Below, one piece after another: positions 1 to 9,805 of a DNA stretch of 49,209 nt. The stretch comes from Saprolegnia diclina VS20. Its lineage: Eukaryota. Made by a program: the position numbers and the translations under genes. The stretch is from positions 339,013 to 388,221 of the forward strand of contig NW_008246100.1 of assembly GCF_000281045.1 (NCBI RefSeq), read 5' to 3'. The notes below the pieces were generated by a model. That model saw nothing but the letters and a program-made list of their open reading frames with translations, was not told the origin of the DNA and searched no databases. Numbering within the stretch: position 1 is the first letter of the stretch; each line of letters opens with the position of its first letter.

Positions 1-1
1 C

Positions 2-947
2 GGCGACAAGAGCGTTCCGTGGGGCTACACGATCGCGACACTACTCGTGTTCAACAAGGTCCGTGCGGCTCTCGGATTGGACGAGTGCAAGGCAGTGTGC
101 TCGGGCGCCGCACCGTTGAGCAACGAAGTCGCATCCTTCTTTGCGTCGCTCGACATTCCAATCTACGAAGCCATGGGTCTCAGTGAGTGCACGGGCCTTG
201 CGTTCTTCAACTACCCGCACAAGTGGAAGCGCGCCAGCTTGGGCGCCTACGCGTTTGGCACGCACGAGGTCAAAACCGATCCGACCACGTCCGAGATCCT
301 CATGCGCGGCCGCCACGTTATGATGGGCTATCTCAACAACGCCGCGGCGACCGCCGGCGCGATGGATGCAGACGGCTTTCTGCACACGGGCGACTGCGGT
401 GCTATCGACGTCGATGGGTTTGCCTACATCACCGGTCGTCTCAAGGAGCTCATCATCACGGCCGGCGGCGAGAACGTCCCGCCCGTCCTCATCGAGAACG
501 TCCTCAAGGAAGAGATCCCGATNNNNNNNNNNNNNNNNNNNNNNNNNNNNNNNNNNNNNNNNNNNNNNNNNNNNNNNNNNNNNNNNNNNNNNNNNNNNNN
601 NNNNNNNNNNNNNNNNNNNNNNNNNNNNNNNNNNNNNNNNNNNNNNNNNNNNNNNNNNNNNNNNNNNNNNNNNNNNNNNNNNNNNNNNNNNNNNNNNNNN
701 NNNNNNNNNNNNNNNNNNNNNNNNNNNNNNNNNNNNNNNNNNNNNNNNNNNNNNNNNNNNNNNNNNNNNNNNNNNNNNNNNNNNNNNNNNNNNNNNNNNN
801 NNNNNNNNNNNNNNNNNNNNNNNNNNNNNNNNNNNNNACTTTAGCGTGCCGGGCGGCGAGATGACGCCGACGCTCAAGCTCAAGCGCAATGTGGTTGCGG
901 ACAAGTACGCGGCTGAGATCGACGCCATGTACTTGGACGAAGTATAG
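2..947 (+). CDS. Long-chain acyl-CoA synthetase (AMP-binding, bubblegum/ACSBG-like), 5'-partial and interrupted by an assembly gap
   Basis: Motifs [41 protein letters not shown] and C-terminal [12 protein letters not shown]; stop TAG at 945-947. The frame differs across the N gap. Confidence 0.9.
523..837. other. Assembly gap (315 N)
   Basis: Run of N in the sequence. Confidence 1.
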
Positions 948-1050
948 TTTTGATTTCTATCTACTCGAATACCTTGTGTATGACCTTGATGGAGCACTGT
1001 GCGTGCGTCGTTGTGGGAGCAGACTGAGTAGTGAGATTGCCCTTTCTACT

Positions 1051-1133
1051 TGATTGGCTATTTTTAGATTTCGCGACTCTAGTTGGCCAATCAGAATCGT
1101 TGATCTAGTTGCGTTTGGTCATTTTTGGTTTGG
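1051..1133 (+). promoter_or_regulatory. CCAAT boxes plus initiator-like element upstream of the PH-START gene
   Basis: tgATTGGcta near 1051, ggCCAATcag near 1085, and gTCATTTTtggttt about 18 nt before ATG 1136. Confidence 0.5.
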
Positions 1134-1135
1134 CC

Positions 1136-3796
1136 ATGTCGGAGCAGCCCGCGCCACCCGACGGTCACGAAGGATACCTCCTCGAGCTCCACGCGCCGAC
1201 GTGGCAGACACGCTACGCGGTGCTCGGAAGCGGCGTGTTGTACGTGTATAGCCATCGGGGCGAGGCGTATCCACGGGACCTTGTCTTGCTCGCAGGCTGC
1301 GTCGTCGAGGCGTGGCCACAACATCGGCCACATAGTTTTTCCATTACGCACCCGTCAACAACATATGCGATCTGTCTGGCAGCTTCGGACACGACATCGG
1401 TGGCTGCTTGGGTGACAAAGCTACGGGCTCATGCGGCCCTCGCGCCGCGGCGAGCGTCCACGGGGACCAAGGAGCTCCAGGCGCGCCCCGCTGATGTTCC
1501 AAAGCTCTGGACCGAGTCTAGTATTTTCGTGGCGCAGAAGTACGAGTACCAGATCAAAGCCATGATGACGGATCTGGCGCAGCACCTCTTTGATGCGAGC
1601 CGATGGACGCTGGCGCCATCCGATGCAACTCTGCGCGTCTGGACGTCGAGCAATGCGGTCATGAGCAAAGCAACGATCCACGAGACACCACCCGTCATTC
1701 TACAAGCGCTGCTCACTCCCTCGAGCATGCTTCAGGTGGACACGCAGATCAGTGCGCTTCATCTCCTCTCGGCCGTGGACCCGCACACGTCGGTGCAATA
1801 TGCGTTGCACAAGCCATTGTTTCCAGCGTCTCGCAAAGCGTGTGTTAAACTATTGCACTGGCGTCTCCTACCCGACAACTCGCTTGTGGTTGTGAGCCGG
1901 TCGCTTCAAAACTACGCGCTCCCAGCTTCGCTCGAGGACGTGCCACGTATGGCGCTGCACCTCGAAGGTTTCCATATCGTACCAGCGCCCGACAACCTGA
2001 GTGCCGAGGTCACGTACGTACTCCAGCCAGAGGCCCCGAGCGTACCGCTAGAGGTCTTTGGCGCCAAGGTATGCCAACTGCGGTCGGTGGTGCAGTCACC
2101 CTACGGCCCAGTCGCCGTCGCACCACTACCTCACCCGGCGGCGCATGCCGCTGAGGTTGAGGCGGCGCTTACGGCGCTTCTAACTGCTTTGGACGCCGAG
2201 GCGAAACAATGGACCGTGCACGGCGAGCGCGACGGCGTCGCAGTGTCGTACAAGCCCGACGGCGATCTCGTTGCGGTGCGCGCCCGTGGGTTGCTCCCTT
2301 TCCCAGCCAAAGACATTCTGTCCTTTGTGCTGGCAGTCTACGAAAAACCGGCGCACGACCCGCTCTGCGTCGTCGCGGAGCGCGTGGCAACGCTGGATGC
2401 ACACACGACCATCGACTACGTCGCGTACAAGCCGGTGCTCCTTGTGTCAGGGCGCGACTTTGTAACGCGCGTCCACTCGCGGGAGCTCAATGACGGGTCC
2501 AGTGTCGTCGTTGCCACGTCGACGACCCACCCGCTATGTCCGCTCCGCGAGCCCGACACCATTCGCGGCCACGTACACTTGGCGGGCTGGCGCATCACGC
2601 CACGCAGTGCGTCGCTCTCCGAGGTGTGGTTTTTTGTCAAGACAGACCTTCGCGGCTCCATTCCCGCGCGCATCTCGCAGCGTGTGCTGATTGACCAAGG
2701 CTTTGGTATGTTGGATGTAGCCAAAGCACTGGCGGCCAAGTCCAAGGTGGCGTCGGCGCCAGCATCGCTTCCGACGCCGCCATCGCCTTTGTCTCTAGAC
2801 ACTCCACCGGCGCGACCACCACCGACACCGCAAGACATGACGCTATTGGGCCTGGCCCAGTTTATGGCTCTCTTTCTAAGTCTCTTGTACGCCGCGCCGG
2901 CCCTTTTCACAACGTACTTGGTCGAGATCCTCCACGAAACTCTCGTTTGGGGTCTCATTGCCTGGATGTGTGTCCAGCTCTACCTGGGCCCAGCCACGAA
3001 CCACGCCCACCACGCTGGCTACGGCCACATCTATGCCGGCGTCGACATTGACGTCACCGCGGCGCTGACGTTCTTGCAAGAGCCGTCGCAACAAGGCATC
3101 TGCATTCGCGATGTGGTGGTAGCCGCTGTCGCCCGTGTCCTCGGTTCTATGCCGCATCTCAATAGTCATATAGTGCTCGGGAAGCTGTACCCATCGTCAA
3201 CAGTTGACGTCACGCTGGTGGCTCGCGGCCAACATGACGAGATGTTGGAGCCTCTGCCCCTCCAAGATCTCGCCACCGGAACCGTTCGAGGTGTCGCGGA
3301 GAGCGTGCGCGCTGGTATTGTCAAGCAGCAACGTGACGGAACGGTCGCTTGTCGCCAGGCGTGGGCGCGGTGGCTACCGTCCTCCATTCTACAGCTTGCA
3401 CTGCGCCTCGTGGCATGGCTTAGCCAAGGACTTGGCCTCGACTGCTCACGCGTGGGCGTTCCGCGCCGGGTGTTTGGCCAAGCCCTCGTCGTTGAGCTTG
3501 ATGATGCGTACGTTCCGATTGCACCTTGGATGCACGTACCGCTACTGGTCGTCCTTGGACCACCGGCGAAGAAGCCCGTCGTTGTCGACGACCAAGTGGT
3601 GGTTCGGACGATGGTTTGCCTTCACGTGACATTGGATGAACGCTATATCGAGGCGGCCGACGCCAACCGCGTCACTGCTCTTCTTCGCACGTATGTGACT
3701 GATCCCGCCGCGCATTTGACCTCGAAAGCGTCGACAGCACAAAACGCCAAGGCAGTTGAGACGACCGATGTGCCCGCGAGTGACGCCCGTCTTTGA
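1136..3796 (+). CDS. PH + START + START + Pro-rich linker + TM segments + 2-oxoacid dehydrogenase E2-type acyltransferase core (His lost); single exon, 886 aa
   Basis: PH: EGYLLE..WQTRYAVL..AAWVTKLR. START2: SGRDFV..IRGHVHLAGWRITP..KTDLRGSIP. E2 core: VDIDVT, VVAAVARVLGSMPHLNS, KPVVVDDQVVVR..VTLDERYIEAA. Confidence 0.8.
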   Translation: MSEQPAPPDGHEGYLLELHAPTWQTRYAVLGSGVLYVYSHRGEAYPRDLVLLAGCVVEAWPQHRPHSFSITHPSTTYAICLAASDTTSVAAWVTKLRAHAALAPRRASTGTKELQARPADVPKLWTESSIFVAQKYEYQIKAMMTDLAQHLFDASRWTLAPSDATLRVWTSSNAVMSKATIHETPPVILQALLTPSSMLQVDTQISALHLLSAVDPHTSVQYALHKPLFPASRKACVKLLHWRLLPDNSLVVVSRSLQNYALPASLEDVPRMALHLEGFHIVPAPDNLSAEVTYVLQPEAPSVPLEVFGAKVCQLRSVVQSPYGPVAVAPLPHPAAHAAEVEAALTALLTALDAEAKQWTVHGERDGVAVSYKPDGDLVAVRARGLLPFPAKDILSFVLAVYEKPAHDPLCVVAERVATLDAHTTIDYVAYKPVLLVSGRDFVTRVHSRELNDGSSVVVATSTTHPLCPLREPDTIRGHVHLAGWRITPRSASLSEVWFFVKTDLRGSIPARISQRVLIDQGFGMLDVAKALAAKSKVASAPASLPTPPSPLSLDTPPARPPPTPQDMTLLGLAQFMALFLSLLYAAPALFTTYLVEILHETLVWGLIAWMCVQLYLGPATNHAHHAGYGHIYAGVDIDVTAALTFLQEPSQQGICIRDVVVAAVARVLGSMPHLNSHIVLGKLYPSSTVDVTLVARGQHDEMLEPLPLQDLATGTVRGVAESVRAGIVKQQRDGTVACRQAWARWLPSSILQLALRLVAWLSQGLGLDCSRVGVPRRVFGQALVVELDDAYVPIAPWMHVPLLVVLGPPAKKPVVVDDQVVVRTMVCLHVTLDERYIEAADANRVTALLRTYVTDPAAHLTSKASTAQNAKAVETTDVPASDARL

Positions 3797-5483
3797 TTCT
3801 TGGTAATACACATGCATGACAGTATTGTCACCAATGGCACGACCAATGGGGTATTCACATTGCTAGCAGGCGCTGGTGCTGGTGAGGATAGCCTGCGACG
3901 CATTTGTCGATTGAAAGTGAGTGTAACCCTCCTGGTTGTAACCGGCGGTTTCAGAAGTATCCAGCTGACCCTACCCCTGGACAACATCTCGAAGCAGCGA
4001 AGGCAGCTGGGTTGAAGCAGGCTGGTTGAAGCAGATACTGCTCGTAGGAATGGGTTCACATTCGATTCGTTATCCTCGACAAAGTAGATATAAGAACGCG
4101 TTGCACCAACAACATCATCGCGTTGCTATGCGTGTGAGGCCGGTGCAGACCGTTCGGTGCAATATCATCATCCTAGTTACAAGTGTAGCATATGGGTTAT
4201 ATAGTGGAGGAAGATTTGACATGACCACACACTCAAAACGACACTGTACGGCTCCGCCTCCACGAGGCAGTCACAACGAGCGTCGCGCAATCTTAGGCTC
4301 CTGGCCGACCAGGCGGCCTCAAAACGCAGTGATGTGACGGCTACCGGTGATTGCAATCCTCTCTAGCGTAATCCGCTCGATATTCGGAATGCTGCGTTGA
4401 AGCGACGCTCTGCGCGGGCAGCGACGTCCACGTAACCAAGACGGAGCGCACCTGGGTGCTGGCCGTAGCATCATCCAGATTGTCGGTTTTTATGTCATCC
4501 GTGCAAACTGCGTGATGCTGGCGGCAGAGCTTGGAGGCAGCAGCGTGCCGCCACCAATCGTCCCGTGCAGTTCTCTCGAGTGGTTCATAGCATATTTTGC
4601 ATCAACACGGGCAAATTCGCTCGCACGAGACATGGATGAGTCAGCTTGCGAGCAGCCCGAACACGCCGGGATTCTTCCCGTTGTGGCACGGCCGCAACCT
4701 TGCGCCATCCAATCTTCGTGTCTACCCTCGCTGTGGGTGCATTTGGGAGAGCGGGCTACGCGGCGCTTGATTTCCATCGGCGCGTCCGTACGTGTCCGTT
4801 GCTGGCCGCAGCTGCGCGCGGCGAACAAACACCACACGACGACTCTACGATCTTAGTGCGACCAGGCGCTTGGGGGCGTAAGAACCGCCCAAGTGTCGTG
4901 TCAACGGCGACCAGCAGGAATCAGGTCACCTGTGCGTGAGTCACGGGCTCAATTGCCGTTCGGAACCTGGCAGCTGCATACAAACCGCAAGACACATGCT
5001 AAACTTAAAACACGCAACAAGCCGAGTCCGCGTCCCTTGTCGTCGCGAGGCCCGCCGTCGACAGAGGCAGCTCTTACGCATTCCTTGAGCTTCGACATGC
5101 ACACACGACGATGATTCTACCGCGACAGGCTGTCGCGTACGTACCACCGAACGACGTTCAATAATCGTCCGCTGCGAAAGCCCGTTCCAGTGTGGATCCA
5201 GCGGACGGTGCCCAACACTGCTGTGCACGTACCCCACACCCAACCGTACATACAGGGCAGACGAACAAAGCCGACTCGAGCGTCCAGGCATTCACTCGGT
5301 TGCGATCGAGTGCTAGCGACGTTCCTTTCCCGCGGCGAGGCTGTTTGATGCCCCTATCTGGTCTGCGTTTCGTCAACGCGGACGGTAGCGTTGGGTGCGA
5401 TTAGCCAGCGTAGACGTGCCACCGCACCCGAAGGTCCACCTAGTGGTGTGTCGCACTCGTGAGCTCGCACTCTTGAAATTGCC

Positions 5484-7100
5484 ATGTCGTTCCCGCTGCC
5501 GACCGACTTTTTCGAGTGCCCACGCTTGGAGGCGGTCGAGAAGGAGTACCTTATCAACCTCGCGCTCAAGGCGTGCCACGACACGGTGCGCAACGCGATC
5601 CAGTTGCAGTCGGCGCCAATCGAAGCCGTCCTCACGAGCGACAAGACCAAGCGCCATGCACGCGTATGCACATTTTCTTCCGCACGAGTATCCTGATCAT
5701 AATGTCGTCGTTCATAGATTCGCCGCGGCACTGACATTATCAACAAGTCACTCGCCGTGAGCTGCGCGTACACGCAAATTCAGTCGTCGATCGAGGAGGT
5801 CGCCGACTTCTTCTACCTCGACTCGCTCCCGAAACTCCGCGCGTATGCTCGAACCGTCGGCCAAGTCGTCTTGGACCGGCAAACTCTCTACACGCTCGTG
5901 CCCCGGGAGCCCGCGGGTGGACGACTGCACTACATTGGCATCGATTGGATGGCGATCGAGTGCCCCGTGCTCGTCGCCAACCGCGATGCGTGCTTTCTCG
6001 AATGCCACGAAGAGTTTGAGTTTTTGGAGCCGGGAACAAACGCCCTTCGCCGCGGCTTTGTGCGCTCGATGCACTCGGTGGACCTCGACTGCTGCCCGCC
6101 GCTGAAAGAGAGCCACAACGTCGTGCGGCTGTCGTTTGTGCGGGTACGAATTTGGCCTGTGAATGATAGAATTTGGCTAAAGGCGCGTGCGATTAGAGTG
6201 GGCACGTGTTCATCGAGACGGACGAGCCCGGCTTGCTCAACTACTACAGCGTGTACGGGACGCAGCCCAACGGCAAGACAGTCAAAGCCGTCGCCTTTGC
6301 GGTGCAGCACAAGCAGTGCGCGCGGGTACCGTTTATTACGGGAATTTGCGTCGTTTTGACCGTAAATTTGGTGTAGATTGCGCGGCTCGAAGAGCACTTG
6401 CAGTACCAGCGCATGGTGCAGACGCTAGGCAACATGGCCAAGACGCCGCGCCCACTTCAAAACAAGACCGACGCGGCCTTTTGCGGGCGCTGCGACAAGA
6501 AATTCCAGCTCTTTAGCACCAAAAAGCACTGTGAAATGTGCGGCATCGTACGTCCCTTTCGACAATCGTGGACCTTGTGCAACGTTCGTTAGGTGGTGTG
6601 CTCGAGCTGCTGCCAAAAGCACGAAGTCGTCTTGCAGCTCACGCCCTCGACGTACCTTGTGTGCACGTACTGTTTTACGAGCGGCCGCGAGGTCAAGCCC
6701 CTCCCCACGTCGCCCAGTATGCCTCCGCAAAATGGATGTCCGAGGCGGCTGACCATGATGCATCGTAGTGCGCTGTGGTGTCATTGCGGACTTCCAGCGG
6801 TCGTCGGCTGGCAGCCGCAGCGTCTCGCGCCGGTCCAGTGACACGTCGAGCACGTGCACAAAGCTGAGCTGGACCCACTCGGCTGTGAACGCAACCCCGA
6901 GTGTCGGCGACGAGAAGGACAACTTTGTTTTGCTGGATCTGACCAAAGACATTGAGAACCTCCGCTTTCACTTTTCCCCGCCGCCACCGGGACGCCGCGA
7001 AAAGTCGGCCTCGCTGCAGTACTACATGGACGCCGACCTCAAGCAGCCACCGCCCGCGCGGCCCCATCGCGCGACGACCTACTCATCTCTACTCGAGTAG
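5484..7100 (+). CDS. START-like + FYVE zinc-finger protein (oomycete-expanded family), 6 exons, about 453 aa
   Basis: Exons 5484-5663, 5718-6143, 6197-6325, 6377-6547, 6593-6716 and 6769-7100 join in frame with GT-AG introns. START-like NRDACFLE; FYVE CGRC..HCEMCG..CSSC..CTYC; family-type N-terminus FPLPTDFFECPRL. Confidence 0.8.
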
Positions 7101-7678
7101 ACAATCCTTCCTCTATATATAATTCTAGTACTTTTGCTAGTCACCTACATATTCTGAGTCTAGAGATCACGAGGGTCCTAGTAGCGGTGAGTAGGAGGCC
7201 CACCCCTGACCCTATTGCTATGGTTTGGTCGCGCGGGTTCGCGTGATTCCTACACTCAACCAAGCTGTGTGGGCTTCATGACAGGCAGCAAAGAGTGCTT
7301 AACACCCAGCCAATACAGAACTGAAGCCATAGGAAGCTCAACTGGGAAGCTCCGTCGTTTCCTGAGAGCTTTCCTGAGCGTCGTACCACCGTGCGACAAA
7401 CGAGCCTTCCTAAGGGGACGTACGGTCTCGGCATGCTTGCGGGGAGGACCATCGAGCTGGTCATCTCCTCTGCACCGACACAAGGGTCCATCAGTGGAGA
7501 CCCTTGACCAAGATCATTTCACTTCCGTAGAACTTTGGCTCGGGTTGGCACATTGCGATCTTCGGCGGGATTCCGCGGACGATCCGGATGCAGCAGCTGG
7601 TTGTCGAAATATCTTTTGGCGGGCCACAATAAAATTCCGCGGCCGCCACGGGCCATTGCCTTGCAGCTCATTCTTGCG

Positions 7679-9060
7679 ATGACCATCGGGAAGAGCGAGC
7701 TCGCTGCGGCGACGTTTGGCGTCGGTCTCGGTGTTGGCGCCCTCCTCCACAAGCTCGCGTCTCGCCCAACGACGACGACGCCCGCGCAAGAAGGCACGAG
7801 CGAGGTCCTGCGCCTCATTCGGCCCAACGTCCTGCGCCTCACGCCGTACCGCTGCGCCCGCGACGACTACGACCAGGGCATCCTCCTTGACGCCAACGAG
7901 AACAGCCTCGGCCCACCGTTGGCTGCCGAGCATGAGCTCGCCGGCGCGGGCCTCGAGCGGTATCCATGCCCGTACCAGCGAGAGCTCAAGACGACAATCG
8001 CGTCCTTCCGGTACCGACGACTCATATGTGCTGCATTGCATCACCATGCTCACTTGCAGGAACGGCGCGCACGGCACGCTGACGCCGGCCAACCTCTTTC
8101 TGGGCGTTGGCAGCGACGAGGTCATCGACCTCATGATCCGCGTCGCGTGCTCGCCGCGCGAAGACGCCATTTTGATCACGCCGCCGACGTACGGCATGTA
8201 CAGCGTCTGCGCCAACATCCACGACGTCGACATCATCTCGGTGCCGCTCGTCCGCACGGCGACGACGCCGCTGCCGTCATTCCACATTGATCCGCGCGCG
8301 ATCCTGGCCGCCGTGACGCCCGCGACCAAGATCATCTTTCTCTGCAGCCCGGGCAACCCGACGGCCAACTGCCTCCGCCTCGCCGACATCAAGGCCGTGC
8401 TCGAGGCCAAGGTCCGACTCGATGACCTCTGTCTACCTACTCACACGTGGCGCGGAATAGAGCTACAAGGGCTTTGTGTTTGTCGACGAAGCGTACGTCG
8501 ACTTTGCCGACCAGCCGAGTCTGAGCACGCTCGTGACAACGTACCCGCGGCTCATCGTGGCGCAAACACTCTCCAAGGGCTTTGGCCTCGCCGGCATCCG
8601 CCTCGGCATCGCCTTTGGCAACCCCGAGCTCATCCAGATCCTCAACAACGTCAAGGCACCCTACAACATCAACAAGCTCACGGCCAAGGTACACTTTTTT
8701 ACTGCAAATTTTCTGACGATCTAAATGCGGTAGGTGGCGGCCGATGCGCTCGCCAACGTGAGCCTCTTGCACGACAAGGTCCAGTTGATTGTCGAGGAGA
8801 AGGCCAAAGTCATTTCGGCGCTCCAAGCGCTGCCGTTTGTGCACCAAGTGTATGCGTCGGACGCCAACTTTGTCTTGTTCCAGTGCGACAATGCGTATGC
8901 GGTCTACAAGGACATGGCCGAAGCCGGCGTCGTGATCCGGTACCGCGGCAACCAGCTCCTCCTCGATAGCTGCCTCCGCGCGACGATCGGGTCCTCGTCC
9001 GAGAACGACCGCATGCTCGAGCTCTTTGCATCGGTCTCGCGCCGGCTAGCACAGGCCTAG
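7679..9060 (+). CDS. HIS5: Histidinol-phosphate aminotransferase, 4 exons, about 412 aa
   Basis: Exons 7679-8010, 8060-8411, 8461-8688, 8734-9060. Motifs LDANEN, GVGSDEVID, PPTYGMY, CSPGNPT, VDEAY and the PLP-lysine motif TLSKGFGLAGIRLG. Confidence 0.95.
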
Positions 9061-9171
9061 TGCCGTCCTCAGCGTCGAGTCTAGTACCTGCTATAAGATA
9101 GCAAGCGTATACAGTCAAGCATTTCGATTGCGTCCATGGACCGCTAAGCTATACAACAACCTCGAGCCAAC

Positions 9172-9673
9172 TTAGTCGGTTTTGGCTTTAGTCTTGGCGT
9201 CCAAGTGCTCGAGGACCATCTCTGCGATCTCGCAGTGCAGGAGAGTGCAGAAAGCGCCGACCACGAGCCCCAGCACAAAGAAGATCTAGGCGTCGCGTCA
9301 GAGGCTGCGGGGGAAGATGGACTACCTGCTCGCGGACGTCGTAGATGCAGACGCCAAGCGCCAAGGCGACGCAGGTGAACGCGCCCGAGAAGGCGACGCG
9401 CACCACGAGCTGGCGCCGGCCCTTGTTCAGATGCCACACCAAGAGCGGGATGGCCGCGAGTGCATACCCCGCCAGCGTCCAGTACAATATGCGGGAGCTA
9501 ATTCGTCATGAGTCGACTCGTGGACAGATCGAGTGGACGTACTAGAGGCCCTCGAGCACTGCGTCGCGCCACGACACCTAGAGCGACGAGTTAGTTGGTG
9601 TCGCTAGCGCGCCACGTCATACCGTCTCGAGGTGGGCGTAGAGCGTGCGAGCGGTCTCAGCCAGACGGTCCAT
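9172..9673 (-). CDS. Small protein with about 3 TM helices, unknown function, 4 exons, 123 aa
   Basis: Exons 9673-9623, 9577-9543, 9497-9326 and 9285-9172 splice in frame: MDRLAETARTLYAHLETVSWRDAVLEGLYSRILYWTLAGYALAAIPLLVW...IFFVLGLVVGAFCTLLHCEIAEMVLEHLDAKTKAKTD*. Confidence 0.75.
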
Positions 9674-9805
9674 CTTTTGGTTTCTCGGATATTTCGAGGA
9701 TGCGCGAGCTCGGTTTCGTCTGCGAAACGTTGAGCCGACACGAGACCAAGGCGATGGCGGCGACGCGCCGTAAGGGCTTCTTCCTCTTTCTCCTGCAAGG
9801 TTGCC

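Noticed and set aside
520..840. Apparent frameshift in the acyl-CoA synthetase
   Set aside because: It spans an N gap of estimated length that may also contain introns.
3797..5483. 1.7-kb intergenic stretch with several 70-140-codon ORFs
   Set aside because: I could not identify a domain, coding bias or consistent splice model.
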